Below, piece after piece: positions 46,462 to 57,054 of a stretch of DNA of 64,000 bases. The notes below the pieces were generated by a model. It was not told where the DNA came from. It ran no database searches and was given only the letters and a program-made list of their open reading frames with translations. Each line of letters begins with the position of its first letter. Position 1 is the first letter of the stretch. The stretch is taken from NCBI GenBank assembly GCA_040755995.1, contig JBFMAF010000049.1, positions 128,001 through 192,000 of the forward strand, written 5' to 3'. The DNA is from Acidobacteriota bacterium. Lineage in GTDB: Bacteria > Acidobacteriota > CAIWXX01. Made by a program: the position numbers and the translations under genes.

Positions 46462-48564
46462 CTATGCGGATTCTCCGCTCAGGACCGAGCTGACCTTCCT
46501 GAGGAACCCATCCCTCGTGAAGGGTTTCTGAAGGAAGGCGCTGCCTGCTTCGAGCATACCGTGTCGCAGGATGGCATCATCCGGGTATCCGGACATGTAG
46601 AGCACCTTCAGTTGCTGGTGTACCTTCGACAAGCGCGAAGCCAGTTCCTGTCCACCCATGCCTGGAAGCACGACGTCGGTTATGAGCAGGTCGATTGGTC
46701 CCTGGTGCTGGGCCGCCAGGGTGAGCGCGACCTGGGGAGTGGATGCCTCGAATACCCTGTGGCCGTGGGACACCAGGAGCATCCTTACCATGCCCCGAAT
46801 CACATCGTCGTCTTCAACCACAAGGATCGTCTCGGTGCCGGATAGATCAATCGATCCATTCACCCGGGTTGGCCGCGACATCCCGGCCACTTGCTGGAGC
46901 CGCGGGAGATATATCTCGAAGGTCGTCCCCTTTCCCGGTTCCGAATGGATCGATATGTGACCGCCGCTCTGCTTCACTATGCCGTAGACGGTCGAAAGCC
47001 CGAGTCCGGTTCCTCTCCCGCCCGGTTTGGTAGTGAAAAAGGGCTCGAAGAGGTGGGACATCGTATCTGCATTCATTCCGATCCCGGTGTCGGTGACGGC
47101 GAGCATCACATATGATCCTGGCAGAATTTCCCCGTGTTCCACGGCGAGCGTCTCGTCCAGCTCGGCGTTGTGTGTTTCGATCGTGAGCTTTCCTCCAGTA
47201 GGCATCGCGTCTCTGGAGTTGACGCACAGGTTCATGATCACCTGTTCGACCTGGGTTGGGTCAATCATGACCTGGCCCAGCTTGGGATCGAGCGCCAAAC
47301 GCAGCTCGATATCCTCGCCGATGACCCGCCGCAACATCTTGTCGATTTCTGAAACCACCTTATTCAGATCGAGAGGCTCAGGGACCAGGACCTGCTTTCG
47401 GCTGAAGGCGAGAAGCTGGCGGGTCAAAGAGGCCGCGCGCTCGCCCGCCTTGCGGATCTGTTCGAGATCCTCCCTCATGGAGTCGTCTGGTCCCAGCTGA
47501 TCTGCCACCACCTGGGTGTATCCCAGGATCGCTGTCAGGAGATTGTTGAAGTCGTGCGCGACTCCGCCGGCCAGGCGCCCGATGGCTTCCATCTTCTGTG
47601 ATTGTCTCAGCTTCTCCTCCAGCTCACGCTGCTGCGTGATGTCCCTGAAAATCGCGAAGCGGAGTGCCTGACCCCCGAGCTCCACCGACGAAATCGAGAC
47701 ATCCACATGGACCTTTCGCGCGTCGGACCTCTGAAGAACCAGGGCGTCGCTCCGCATGCTGCCTTCCACGCGCAGTCTCTCGCGGAGCTGTGTGACGAGA
47801 TCGATCTGCGCGGGGACGACGAAGTCATAGATGCGCCGCCCGCAGATCTCGGCCGCGGCACGGCGGAGCATCAGTTCCATCTGGTGGTTCACCTCGATGA
47901 TCGTTCCATCTTCATCTGTGACCCAAATGGCGTCGTTAGCCGTCTCCATGAGTGTTCGATACCGCTCCTCCGATTCCAGCGCCTTGGTCTCCATCTGACT
48001 CGCGTAGCGCTCGATCTTGGCGTTGGCCGAAGCGAGCTGCGCCTCTCGCTCCCGCAGCTGCCGGTTCGTCCGCACGATGTCCTCGAACGTGGAAATGAGC
48101 AGGTCCAGGATTTGGTGCTTCTCGGACGTGATCATGAACTTGGTGCCGAGAAACATGACCTCGACGCCCACCTTGAGCTTCCCGTCCGCGCGCAGACGCT
48201 TGGTTTCGAGTACGTTCCTGATGCGTTCTACCAGCATGCCCGGCTCATACGGTTTCGTAATGAAGTTGTCGGCTCCACATTCGAGTCCCCGGATGATGTC
48301 CATCGCGTCGCTCAAGGTCGTCAAGAGGATCACGGGGATATCCCTCTTCATCGGGTCTGCCTTCAGAGTGCGACAGACGTCGTATCCGGAGATGCCTGGC
48401 ATCAGAATGTCGGAGACGATGAGGTCGAAGGATGAGGTGCCGGCGAGCCGGAGCCCCTCTTCGCCGTCGAAGGCGACATCGACCTCGAATCCTTCCGATT
48501 CGAGGATCAGCCGCAGCTGCTCGGCCTGGGTCCTGCTGTCTTCAATGATTAGTGCTCGATTCAT
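46462..48564 (-). CDS. hybrid sensor kinase (REC-PAS-HisKA-HATPase-REC), output of the chemosensory operon
   Basis: N-terminal REC (IEDS, SDILMP, KP), PAS, AHDFNNLL, N box NSRDAM, G boxes GTGLGL, C-terminal REC. Confidence 0.93.
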   Translation of the reverse strand: MNRALIIEDSRTQAEQLRLILESEGFEVDVAFDGEEGLRLAGTSSFDLIVSDILMPGISGYDVCRTLKADPMKRDIPVILLTTLSDAMDIIRGLECGADNFITKPYEPGMLVERIRNVLETKRLRADGKLKVGVEVMFLGTKFMITSEKHQILDLLISTFEDIVRTNRQLREREAQLASANAKIERYASQMETKALESEERYRTLMETANDAIWVTDEDGTIIEVNHQMELMLRRAAAEICGRRIYDFVVPAQIDLVTQLRERLRVEGSMRSDALVLQRSDARKVHVDVSISSVELGGQALRFAIFRDITQQRELEEKLRQSQKMEAIGRLAGGVAHDFNNLLTAILGYTQVVADQLGPDDSMREDLEQIRKAGERAASLTRQLLAFSRKQVLVPEPLDLNKVVSEIDKMLRRVIGEDIELRLALDPKLGQVMIDPTQVEQVIMNLCVNSRDAMPTGGKLTIETHNAELDETLAVEHGEILPGSYVMLAVTDTGIGMNADTMSHLFEPFFTTKPGGRGTGLGLSTVYGIVKQSGGHISIHSEPGKGTTFEIYLPRLQQVAGMSRPTRVNGSIDLSGTETILVVEDDDVIRGMVRMLLVSHGHRVFEASTPQVALTLAAQHQGPIDLLITDVVLPGMGGQELASRLSKVHQQLKVLYMSGYPDDAILRHGMLEAGSAFLQKPFTRDGFLRKVSSVLSGESA

Positions 48565-49618
48565 TCGAGTTCCCTCTTTCTCCCATTCGGATCACGTCAG
48601 TGAGTCGCAGGGCGATGGTGCCGACCGGGAGGACCGAGTCGGCGTATCCCGCGGCGATTGCGGCACTGGGCATGCCAAAGACCACGGAGCTGCCTTCATC
48701 CTGTACGATGACCATCCCACCCGCGGAGCGAACGGCCGTGAGTCCCTCGAGCCCATCCTGCCCCATCCCGGTCAAGACGACTGCGATCGCGCCGCGGCCG
48801 AAGGCCCTGGCTACGGATTGGAAGAGGAATGTAGCAGACGGTCGAAAGCCGCCGATGGGAGGCGCGCCGGAGAGCTCGATGGTGCGTCCCCCCGCGGACA
48901 GACCCAGATGCCGGTCGTCGGGTGCGATGTAGACGGTGGACGGGTTAAGCGATTCCCCGTTCTCCGCCACCCTCACCCTGAGCGGGGAGGCGTCGTTCAA
49001 CCACCGTGCCAGTCCTTCCACGAAACCGATCGAAATGTGCTGGACCACGAGAATCGGTGCACCGAAGTTGCCTGGGAGGGCGGTGAGGATCTGGTTCAGG
49101 GCCACCGGCCCACCCGTGGATGCGGCCACCGCCACGATACCCGCTCGCACGCTCTGCTCGGTGATCCGCGCGGGGAACGGAGATCGCGGCAGGGTCCGGT
49201 CCGGCCACCGGCGCACGACCTTCACCTGCGACATCGCCTTCACGGTCTGGACGAATCGGCGCGCTGTCTCCTCGAAGCCAGGTGAGTCGACTCCGGAGGG
49301 CTTCGCGAGGACAGTCAAGGCCCCCGCGCGCAGCGCATGCATTGACACTTCGACTTCACGGGCCCGGGTGCTCCCCGAGACGATGACAATGGGGACCGGC
49401 GACTCCACCATGATCCGCTTCGTGGCCTCCAATCCGTCCATCACCGGCATCTGGATGTCCATGGTGATCACCGTGGGCTTGAGCGCCCTTGCCATCTCGA
49501 CCGCCTCGGCTCCGTTCTTGGCTTCGCCGACGACCTCAATCTCGCGGTCCGATCGCAGGACTTCGGCCAGCAGCTCACGAGTGGTGCTGGAGTCCTCGGC
49601 TATCAGCACACGAATCAT
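48542..49618 (-). CDS. cheB: chemotaxis methylesterase CheB (REC + methylesterase)
   Basis: MIRVLIAEDS start; ASTGGP, VQH, TGMGQDG, VFGMP. Confidence 0.93.
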   Translation of the reverse strand: MIRVLIAEDSSTTRELLAEVLRSDREIEVVGEAKNGAEAVEMARALKPTVITMDIQMPVMDGLEATKRIMVESPVPIVIVSGSTRAREVEVSMHALRAGALTVLAKPSGVDSPGFEETARRFVQTVKAMSQVKVVRRWPDRTLPRSPFPARITEQSVRAGIVAVAASTGGPVALNQILTALPGNFGAPILVVQHISIGFVEGLARWLNDASPLRVRVAENGESLNPSTVYIAPDDRHLGLSAGGRTIELSGAPPIGGFRPSATFLFQSVARAFGRGAIAVVLTGMGQDGLEGLTAVRSAGGMVIVQDEGSSVVFGMPSAAIAAGYADSVLPVGTIALRLTDVIRMGERGNSNESSTNH

Positions 49619-49718
49619 AAGCGGTCCCCTCAGCTCCTTAGAGGGAGCCTTGTACCTGGTCGTGACCCGGTAGCGATGCGGCTTCGCGTATTCCAATCAC
49701 GCCGGTCCTCCTCAGCAT

Positions 49719-51956
49719 CTACAAGAGTTGTGCGATCGTCCGAAGAAGATCGCGTTGGTCGAACGCGCTCTTCAACAGATAGGCATCGGCCCCCACTTCG
49801 ATTCCGCGGGCCTTGTCCTTGTCGCTTTCGAGCGCTGTCACCAGAACTACCGGGAGATCGCGGAATCGCTTGGAGCCCCTGATCGCTTCGGTCAGGGCAA
49901 ACCCGTCCATCCGCGGCATCTCGATGTCCGCGACGACCAGGTCCGCTCCCTTTTCCTGAAGTATCTGCCAGGCCTCCGCTCCGTCGGCCGCTACGAGCAC
50001 ATCGTACCCGGACGCTTCCAGTATGCTCTTTTCCAGACTCCGAGTCGTCACAGAGTCTTCCACAACCAACAGCTGCTTGCGCGCCGCCAGCGTCGACTCC
50101 GCGAGTCGCTCGGTCACACTTTGGGCCGGGGTCCTGAGAAGCGCGCTCCGCACGAGGTCGGCGGCGTTGAGGATGAGGGCTGCCCGGCCGCTCGGGAGGA
50201 TCGTCGCTCCAGCTACGTTCCTCACGCGAATGAGACGCGCCCCCAGACTCATGACCACGATCTCCTGCTCCGCCAGCAGCTCATCCACGACGAACGCAGC
50301 CCGGCTGGTTCCCGAAGCCACCATGACGACAGGTATTCTTCCTCCGACCCGATCAGGCGCTCCGCCCGGCAGACCGAGGGTTTCGGCCAGCGAAACAAGC
50401 GGAACCGGAATGTCTCCCGAGAGCACGACGTCCCGGCCTTCGACCGAGTGGATTTCGCCGGGACGGGTCCGCAAGAGAGCAGCGATGTTCGTGTCGATAA
50501 ACGCGAAGGTCTGGCCGCCGGCCCTGACGAGGAGAGCCCGCAGAGTCGAGAGAGTGAGCGGAACGTTCAGGATCAATCGGGTTCTTAGACCGGCCTCGAA
50601 TTCCAGGTCCACCGTGCCGTGCACGGATTCTACATTACACTTGACGACGTCGAGGCCGATGCCGCGTCCGGAGACCTTTGTGATGATCTGCGACGTTGAC
50701 ACACCCGGAAGAAAGACGGCGCGCGCCAGATCGCGGTCACTCGCCGGCTCAGCGAGCCTCTTCTTCCGAACCTGCTCGTGAATAGCCGCGAGGTCGATGC
50801 CCCGCCCGTCATCGGCGACGACGATCTCGACTCTGGCACCCTTCAGTGCCGCCGAAACGACGATTCGCCCGCGTGGACTTTTGCTGGCGCCCCGCCGTTC
50901 GCCCGATGGTTCGATGCCGTGATCCACGGCGTTCCGGACGAGGTGGAGGAGGGGGTCCTTGAGCCGCTCGATGATCGCGCGGTCAAGCTCGACCGCTCCT
51001 CCCTCGATAGTCAGGTCGACTTCTTTCCCAGCAGCTTTCGACAGGTCTCGAACCACCCGAGGAAGACCCTCACATGCATCGGCAAACGGAATCATTCGGA
51101 GATGTCGCACGTCCTCTTCGATCGGGCCGGCCGCCTGATCGAGCACATGACGGTTCCCCGCCGCCAGATCGCCCAACCGCTCCAGCTCCCGCCGCATTTT
51201 CCGAAAATTCTCACCGGCACGGGAGACAGATTGCCTGGCACGGTGGGGCATTCCCTCAGCAGAGCCTCCGTTGCCTCCCTGCGGAAGGTACTCACGTAGG
51301 TCGCCCCCTCGTTTCATGGCTCGTCTGAAGTATCGATCGACGTGGCGCCATTCCCCTTCCCAGTGTTCCACAAAGTCACGAAGCGCGGAGAGCTCATCAG
51401 ACCAGAGTTGCAATCGCCGGCGCGCCACGAGGAGCTCACTGGTTCGCATGAGCAGAGCTTCCAGCCTCTCGGCGGGAATTCGAATGGATTCCGCCCCCGT
51501 GACGAGGCGCGCGGCGGGAGCGGCCACAGGGTGCTCGGGTGGCGTGGCGCCGGGACCACAGACGGCACCGTCGAGCCGGTCGAGGAGAGCGCCGAGCGGA
51601 GCACCGGACAGTTCCTTCCCAGCGCGGAGACGCGCGGCGGCGTCCCCTATCCCATCCGCCGCAGCGAACAGAAGTTGAATCAGATCTGGTCTAGGCTCCA
51701 GCCGCCGATCACGAAGACCCGCGAGAATCTCCTCGAGCCGGTGGCAGGCCGACTCGATGAGCGTGATGCTAACCGAGTGAGAAGCACCTTTCAGACTATG
51801 CGCAGTACGGAAGAGAGTAGTGAGAAGCGCCGTGCGCGCCTCCTGCGATTCTTCTCTTTCCAAGGCGAGCAGGTCACGATTGAGCGCCTGCACGTGCTCC
51901 TCGACCTCGGCGATGTAGGTCGCCATGAGGCGCTGGATCAGCTTCTCTTTGTCCAT
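49719..51956 (-). CDS. cheA: CheA-REC hybrid kinase (WspE-like)
   Basis: Hpt AHSLKG, HLVRNAVDHGIE, DDGRG, SGRGIGLDVV, CheW domain, C-terminal REC. Confidence 0.94.
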   Translation of the reverse strand: MDKEKLIQRLMATYIAEVEEHVQALNRDLLALEREESQEARTALLTTLFRTAHSLKGASHSVSITLIESACHRLEEILAGLRDRRLEPRPDLIQLLFAAADGIGDAAARLRAGKELSGAPLGALLDRLDGAVCGPGATPPEHPVAAPAARLVTGAESIRIPAERLEALLMRTSELLVARRRLQLWSDELSALRDFVEHWEGEWRHVDRYFRRAMKRGGDLREYLPQGGNGGSAEGMPHRARQSVSRAGENFRKMRRELERLGDLAAGNRHVLDQAAGPIEEDVRHLRMIPFADACEGLPRVVRDLSKAAGKEVDLTIEGGAVELDRAIIERLKDPLLHLVRNAVDHGIEPSGERRGASKSPRGRIVVSAALKGARVEIVVADDGRGIDLAAIHEQVRKKRLAEPASDRDLARAVFLPGVSTSQIITKVSGRGIGLDVVKCNVESVHGTVDLEFEAGLRTRLILNVPLTLSTLRALLVRAGGQTFAFIDTNIAALLRTRPGEIHSVEGRDVVLSGDIPVPLVSLAETLGLPGGAPDRVGGRIPVVMVASGTSRAAFVVDELLAEQEIVVMSLGARLIRVRNVAGATILPSGRAALILNAADLVRSALLRTPAQSVTERLAESTLAARKQLLVVEDSVTTRSLEKSILEASGYDVLVAADGAEAWQILQEKGADLVVADIEMPRMDGFALTEAIRGSKRFRDLPVVLVTALESDKDKARGIEVGADAYLLKSAFDQRDLLRTIAQLL

Positions 51957-52003
51957 AGCTCGCGGGACTCAGGCCGCCGTCGGGACTTGGATCATCTCCG
52001 CCC

Positions 52004-53647
52004 TCACCCTGCGTACCCCGTCAGAAGCTCCTTGAGCCTCCCGGCCAGGACATTGAGATCTTGGGCGGCGCGTTCGGTCTGACGTGTCGAGGCGAGACTC
52101 TGGTTCGTCACCTGGTCTATGTTCTTCATCGCCTGATGGATCTGGCTCATGCCTATGGCCTGTTGACCGGCTGAGGCGGCTATTTGTGCGGACGCCTGCG
52201 CAGCCTCCGCTACGGTCTCGGCCAGGGCTCGAATTGTCTCGCCCGCCTGATTCACCACCTTGATTGCCGCGTTAACGCCCTTCGTTCCTTCCTCGGTCGC
52301 CATGACGGCGCTGTTTGTCCCCTTCTGAATCTCTCCGAGAATCTGCCGGATCTGGGCCGTGGCCTTCTTGGATTGGTCGGCGAGCGCCTTCACTTCCACT
52401 GCCACCACTGAGAAGCCCTTTCCGGCCTCTCCCGCGCGCGACGCTTCGATCGCGGCGTTGAGTGCAAGGAGGTTGACCTGTTCGGAGATGTCGTTAACGG
52501 TCGTGATGATCTCACCAATGGACTGAGACTGCTCCGCGAGTGTCAGTATCGTCTCGGCAATAGACTCTGTCTGCGCCTTGACCGTTCCCATGGCCGCCAC
52601 CGAGCTATCGACGGCCTTTCTTCCTGCCGCGCCGATCTCGACCGCACGCTGGGACGACTCCGAGACCGCCTTGGCGCGCTGGGCGGCCTGATCCGAGGTC
52701 TGCGCCACCTCGTCCACGGTGCTCACCGTTTCCGTCACCGCCGCAGCCTGTTCCTGCCCACCGGAGGCCTGCTGGGTCGTGGCCGCCAGGATCTCCGCCG
52801 CAGCCGAGGTCACTCTGGCCGACGCCTCGGCAATTGCACCCAAGAGGTCCTCCAGCTTGGCGCGTCCTTCGCGCTCCGTCTGAAGCGATGTCCGAAGCTC
52901 GCCCGCCATCCGATTGAACGCCGCCCCAAGGTCCCCGATCTCGTCCTTGCTCCGGATCTCGATCTGATGCTCGAGTTTTCCAGCGCCAAGGAGCTTCGCC
53001 CCATCCGTCAGCCGGCGAACGGGAATCGTGATGCTCCTTGATATGAAGAAGCCCACCGTCCCCAGCAACGCGAGGGCCATGAGTGTGCCGTAGGTTATTG
53101 TCCTGAACGTGAGTCGGGCCGCGGCCGCTGCCTCGGCCTCCAGTCCTTTCAGCACAGCCTCCTGCCCGCTGAGCAGCTCCTCAATCAAGCTCCGGGTCTG
53201 GTCCTTGAGCCGTTCGCCCTCCTCCGGATGGACATACTGCAGGGAGGCCTCCAGGCCCTTCTCCCTCCGCATATCGGTGCCTCGCTGCAGCCTGTCCAAT
53301 CGCGATTTCACCAGCGATCTGAGGGATCGGACTCGGATTTGCCCCTCCGGGTCATCCGCCATGAGTGATGCAAGCTCATCGAGATTCGTCTCAATCGTCT
53401 CGGAGATGGTACCGAACGACGAAATGAAATGTTCCTCCCCGGTGAGAAGGTAGGCGCGTTGGGTCGTTTCGGCAGTGAGGAGGTTGATGTAGATGTTGCG
53501 AAGTGCCTTGCGGGTCTGGATCGAATGCGCCAGCCGTTCGGCACTGTCCACGACTTCGGTCATGTTGGAGTACACGATCCAACTCATGATGATCACGATG
53601 ACCACTGCCGACCCGAAGCCCACTGCGAGCTTTCTCCCGACTGTCAT
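52004..53647 (-). CDS. methyl-accepting chemoreceptor with CHASE3 and HAMP domains
   Basis: TM-CHASE3 ([12 protein letters not shown])-TM-HAMP (DEIGDL)-signalling hairpin [25 protein letters not shown]. Confidence 0.93.
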   Translation of the reverse strand: MTVGRKLAVGFGSAVVIVIIMSWIVYSNMTEVVDSAERLAHSIQTRKALRNIYINLLTAETTQRAYLLTGEEHFISSFGTISETIETNLDELASLMADDPEGQIRVRSLRSLVKSRLDRLQRGTDMRREKGLEASLQYVHPEEGERLKDQTRSLIEELLSGQEAVLKGLEAEAAAAARLTFRTITYGTLMALALLGTVGFFISRSITIPVRRLTDGAKLLGAGKLEHQIEIRSKDEIGDLGAAFNRMAGELRTSLQTEREGRAKLEDLLGAIAEASARVTSAAAEILAATTQQASGGQEQAAAVTETVSTVDEVAQTSDQAAQRAKAVSESSQRAVEIGAAGRKAVDSSVAAMGTVKAQTESIAETILTLAEQSQSIGEIITTVNDISEQVNLLALNAAIEASRAGEAGKGFSVVAVEVKALADQSKKATAQIRQILGEIQKGTNSAVMATEEGTKGVNAAIKVVNQAGETIRALAETVAEAAQASAQIAASAGQQAIGMSQIHQAMKNIDQVTNQSLASTRQTERAAQDLNVLAGRLKELLTGYAG

Positions 53648-54276
53648 TCAGCACCTCCTTCGGCCTGGTTCACGAAGACGCGCGCGTCCTTGAGCAGGAC
53701 GGCGCCGTCCAGAATGATGAGAGCGTTCGCGGTTACACCCCGCACGTAGTCCCGGCCGATGCCGGCCACCGAATCAGGTGGCTCAAGTACGTCTGTCACG
53801 CGGAGTGTAGCGACGGACAGAGCTTCGTCTACCAGCACGCCGAACTCCGCACGCGTGGACCCGAGCACCACCACCCGCGACAGATCGGTCAGTCCCCTCA
53901 CGGCGACGCCGAAGAATCTGCGGAGATCCATGATCGCCACGATCTCACCCCGCAGGTTCATTATCCCAATCACGAAAGCAGGTGTCCCGGGCACCGGCGT
54001 GAAATCGACCAGCCGGGCGATTTCGCGAACGTATCGTGTCTCGATGGCATAGCTCTCGGCACCGAGCGCCATCGTGACGAGCTCCATGACCTCCTCCGCA
54101 GGCCGTGCAGGTTCCGGGATTCCGGCCAGCAGTCGCGCGCGCTCGTCCATCACCCTTCGGCTTCTCTCCACCGATTCCTCGATCGTCCCTTCAAGAGCCG
54201 CCCTGACCCGGCTCAGACGACCACGGATAGTGTCCCAGTCGAGCTCCTGGGGCCGATCGGGATCCCTGCGCGTCAT
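53644..54276 (-). CDS. cheW: CheW-like scaffold (WspD-like)
   Basis: [26 protein letters not shown] overlaps with its neighbours. Confidence 0.9.
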   Translation of the reverse strand: MTRRDPDRPQELDWDTIRGRLSRVRAALEGTIEESVERSRRVMDERARLLAGIPEPARPAEEVMELVTMALGAESYAIETRYVREIARLVDFTPVPGTPAFVIGIMNLRGEIVAIMDLRRFFGVAVRGLTDLSRVVVLGSTRAEFGVLVDEALSVATLRVTDVLEPPDSVAGIGRDYVRGVTANALIILDGAVLLKDARVFVNQAEGGAE

Positions 54277-55736
54277 GACCCTGCCTCCAGGAGATCGATC
54301 TGGACCCGACATGCCTCGGCGACCCGTCCGGCGCATTCACCGTCGGAGAGCGGCACGGGTGCCTGCGCTGGCAGAGCCGAGCAGAGATCGAGGGCGTTGC
54401 GGTAGGACCGGCGCGCGCCGGCTGGATCGCCCAGGCGGCGAAGGACGGCGCCCAGCGCGAAGTGCGCGACCGCCAGTGATCGATCGATGTAGATGGCGTT
54501 CCTCAGCGATCGGGCGGCTTCAGAGTCGTCACCGAGGCTCAGGCGGAGCACCCCGCGCAAGAAATGCAGCTCCGCCGCGAGCGGACGCAGCGACAGTGCC
54601 TCCTCCACCTCAGACGCGGCCTGGGCCGTGCGTCCCATGTCGGCCAGAGCCCGCACGCGAATCTCTGCGGCTCCGGGCTCGGGATCGCCCGCGTGTGTCA
54701 GCTCCAGGGCCCGATCGTAGTGCCCCCGGTCAAATGCATCGCGGCGTCGTTCGAACATGTCCGCGACCGTAATGGGCGCCGGTGGTTGCAGCGGGGACGC
54801 CGGATGCGCCTCAGCGGCCACGGGCGGCAAGGAGGGAGCAAGGGCGGGAGCAGGAGTGGGCGACTGGGCCGCGTCCGATCCTGGAACTGGACGTTCCTGC
54901 AGCTGAGTCCCGTGACGACGCCGGTAGAAGGTGCCGGCGGGGGTTGTTACAGTTTCGCATGGCACGATCTCTGAGAGCCACGGATCGGACGGCCCTGTGA
55001 CCAGCAGCCCCCCGTCGGCGAGACACTCGAGCAGCCGGGCCGCCACCGTCTCGATCGTCCGTCGATCGAGGTAGATCATCACATTTCGACAGAGAATCAG
55101 GTCCATGCCCCAGGTGTTCGTGGCCATCGATGGGTATGAGTCCACGGCCAGATTCAGATACTCGAAGGTTACCCGCTCCCGAATGTGGGTCCTCAACGTC
55201 CATCGATCGCGGGCCCGCTCGAAATAGCGCTCCACGAATGCCGGGTCGCAGGCGCGCAGGGACCACTGCCCATAAGCTGCGGCCTGGGCTTTGGCGAGCG
55301 CCGTTCTGGAGATGTCGGTAGCGAGGATGTGAGCGCGAATTGCAGGACGCCTCTCTTCGATCAGAATGGCGAGCGAGTAGGCTTCCTCGCCCGAAGCGCA
55401 TCCGGCACTCCACAGGCGAACCGGCCGAGAAGTCCCAATCCTCGCAGTGATCTCGGGCAGGACGCGCTCGCGGATGTGCTCGAAGAGCGCCGGATCGCGG
55501 AAAAAGTAAGTCTCTCCGACGGTTGCATCCGCGATGAGGTCATCCAAGGCGATCGCTCCGGTCTCCATGAGTCGCAGATACTCGGCCGTACAGCCCGCCG
55601 AAGATCGTGCGACGGCCCGTCGCACGGCGGCTTCGATGTGTCCGGTGCGATTGGGAGGGAAGGTGAGACCGGTACGGGTGCTCAACAGTTGGGCAATGGC
55701 CTCGCACGCCGGGTCAGTCCAGGCGGTCGAGATCAT
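54273..55736 (-). CDS. cheR: CheR methyltransferase with C-terminal TPR domain (WspC-like)
   Basis: GETYFFRD, WSAGCASGEEAYS, ILCRNVMIY; Pro/Ala linker; TPR helices. Confidence 0.93.
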   Translation of the reverse strand: MISTAWTDPACEAIAQLLSTRTGLTFPPNRTGHIEAAVRRAVARSSAGCTAEYLRLMETGAIALDDLIADATVGETYFFRDPALFEHIRERVLPEITARIGTSRPVRLWSAGCASGEEAYSLAILIEERRPAIRAHILATDISRTALAKAQAAAYGQWSLRACDPAFVERYFERARDRWTLRTHIRERVTFEYLNLAVDSYPSMATNTWGMDLILCRNVMIYLDRRTIETVAARLLECLADGGLLVTGPSDPWLSEIVPCETVTTPAGTFYRRRHGTQLQERPVPGSDAAQSPTPAPALAPSLPPVAAEAHPASPLQPPAPITVADMFERRRDAFDRGHYDRALELTHAGDPEPGAAEIRVRALADMGRTAQAASEVEEALSLRPLAAELHFLRGVLRLSLGDDSEAARSLRNAIYIDRSLAVAHFALGAVLRRLGDPAGARRSYRNALDLCSALPAQAPVPLSDGECAGRVAEACRVQIDLLEAGS

Positions 55737-56260
55737 TGCTTCTCCGTCTCCGCCGGCACCTCGGACAGCGCCTGGGAGAGCTGCTCTGACTCGGCCTGTG
55801 AGAGAAAACTGCGGAGGTCGTGGATCAGCACCAGACCGTCGGGTAGCTTCGCGATCCCGGCCACGTACTCGGCTCCGGGCACCGCCCTCGCCGGATCTTC
55901 GACTGCAGCAGGATTCACTTCCGTCAGGTCGAGAGCGCGGTCGACGGAGACGGCTACGGTCCGGCCGCCTGCTGAAGCCACCACGAAGTGATCGCTCTCC
56001 CTGATTTCCCGTGTGGGCAGCCGAAACCTCGTGCGGACATCCAGAACAGGGACCACAGAACCCCGAAGGTTGATCACGCCCAACACGATCCCGGGGGCTC
56101 TGGGGAGCGGCACTACGGTTACTGCCCGCAGCACCTCCCGCACATCCTCGGATGGCACGCCGTACCGATGCCCGGCGATGTCCAGCAGCAGGATCTTGCG
56201 ACGCTCGGGCACACTCCCCGCCTCGCTCTCCGCAGCCCGAGCCGCACCAACCGAGGTCAT
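55733..56260 (-). CDS. cheW: CheW-like scaffold (WspB-like)
   Basis: PLPRAP..VLGVINLRGSVVPVLDVR. Confidence 0.9.
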   Translation of the reverse strand: MTSVGAARAAESEAGSVPERRKILLLDIAGHRYGVPSEDVREVLRAVTVVPLPRAPGIVLGVINLRGSVVPVLDVRTRFRLPTREIRESDHFVVASAGGRTVAVSVDRALDLTEVNPAAVEDPARAVPGAEYVAGIAKLPDGLVLIHDLRSFLSQAESEQLSQALSEVPAETEKQ

Positions 56261-56522
56261 GTGGCCGAGCCCGCGACGGCGAACGCGCTGCTGCCTGGTG
56301 ACCCGAGCCAGTTCCCTACCCGGCCCCCACTCGCTGTTTCCACAGTATCCAAATTCGGGCCCTCACATAAGGTAGATTTGGTTAGACGCCCACATCTTGC
56401 GTGGCTATCGAAAAAAAGTTGCGATCCGGCGCGGAGCGGGCAGAGTGGAGGCCCCGGCGCGGCCCACGGCGATCGGCGATCGTAGTACGTCTGGAACACC
56501 GGCCCTCCTCCTCTTCGACGAA

Positions 56523-56539
56523 AGCAGGAAGCGTGCCAG
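56523..56539 (-). promoter_or_regulatory. putative sigma54 promoter of the chemosensory operon
   Basis: Minus strand CTGGCACGCTTCCTGCT with GG-N10-GC spacing. Confidence 0.65.
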
Positions 56540-57054
56540 TGGGCCAAACCAAGCACCAGCATAGCCAAACCCCGCGTACAGCCGCGGCTGCAGTATCAAC
56601 CGGTTCATAAACCATCAACCTTGAGTTGAGGGTCAGGGTGAGGGACTCCAAGACTCGGAGACTCTCGCTCCGAGGAGCCATCCACACTCGCGTCGATACA
56701 CGGACACGGGGAGAAGCGGGGCCGGGGTACACAGGACGCGCAGGAAGCGACGAGGACCGCCGCTGGCTCTCAGGCCAGCTTCCCGAGCGGGCGTCAGCGC
56801 CCGGTCGAGGATCCTCGGGACGGGGTTGTTCTGCGAATCGTCAGTTGCCGCGGCATCGAGCGGAATAGAACTCACACTCATGGTGCCAGAATCGCGTCCT
56901 CAGCGATTCTCTATCTTGCACCGCTGCCCCCCGATGCTCGGATCTCAAGACTATAGAGTAAGGCACTCCGAATGCGGCTGTCAACAATCGTTCGAGAAGA
57001 AGGACGCGAACGAGAGAACGAGGACGCGGAGCGGCTAGCGGCGAGGCCGCGGCT

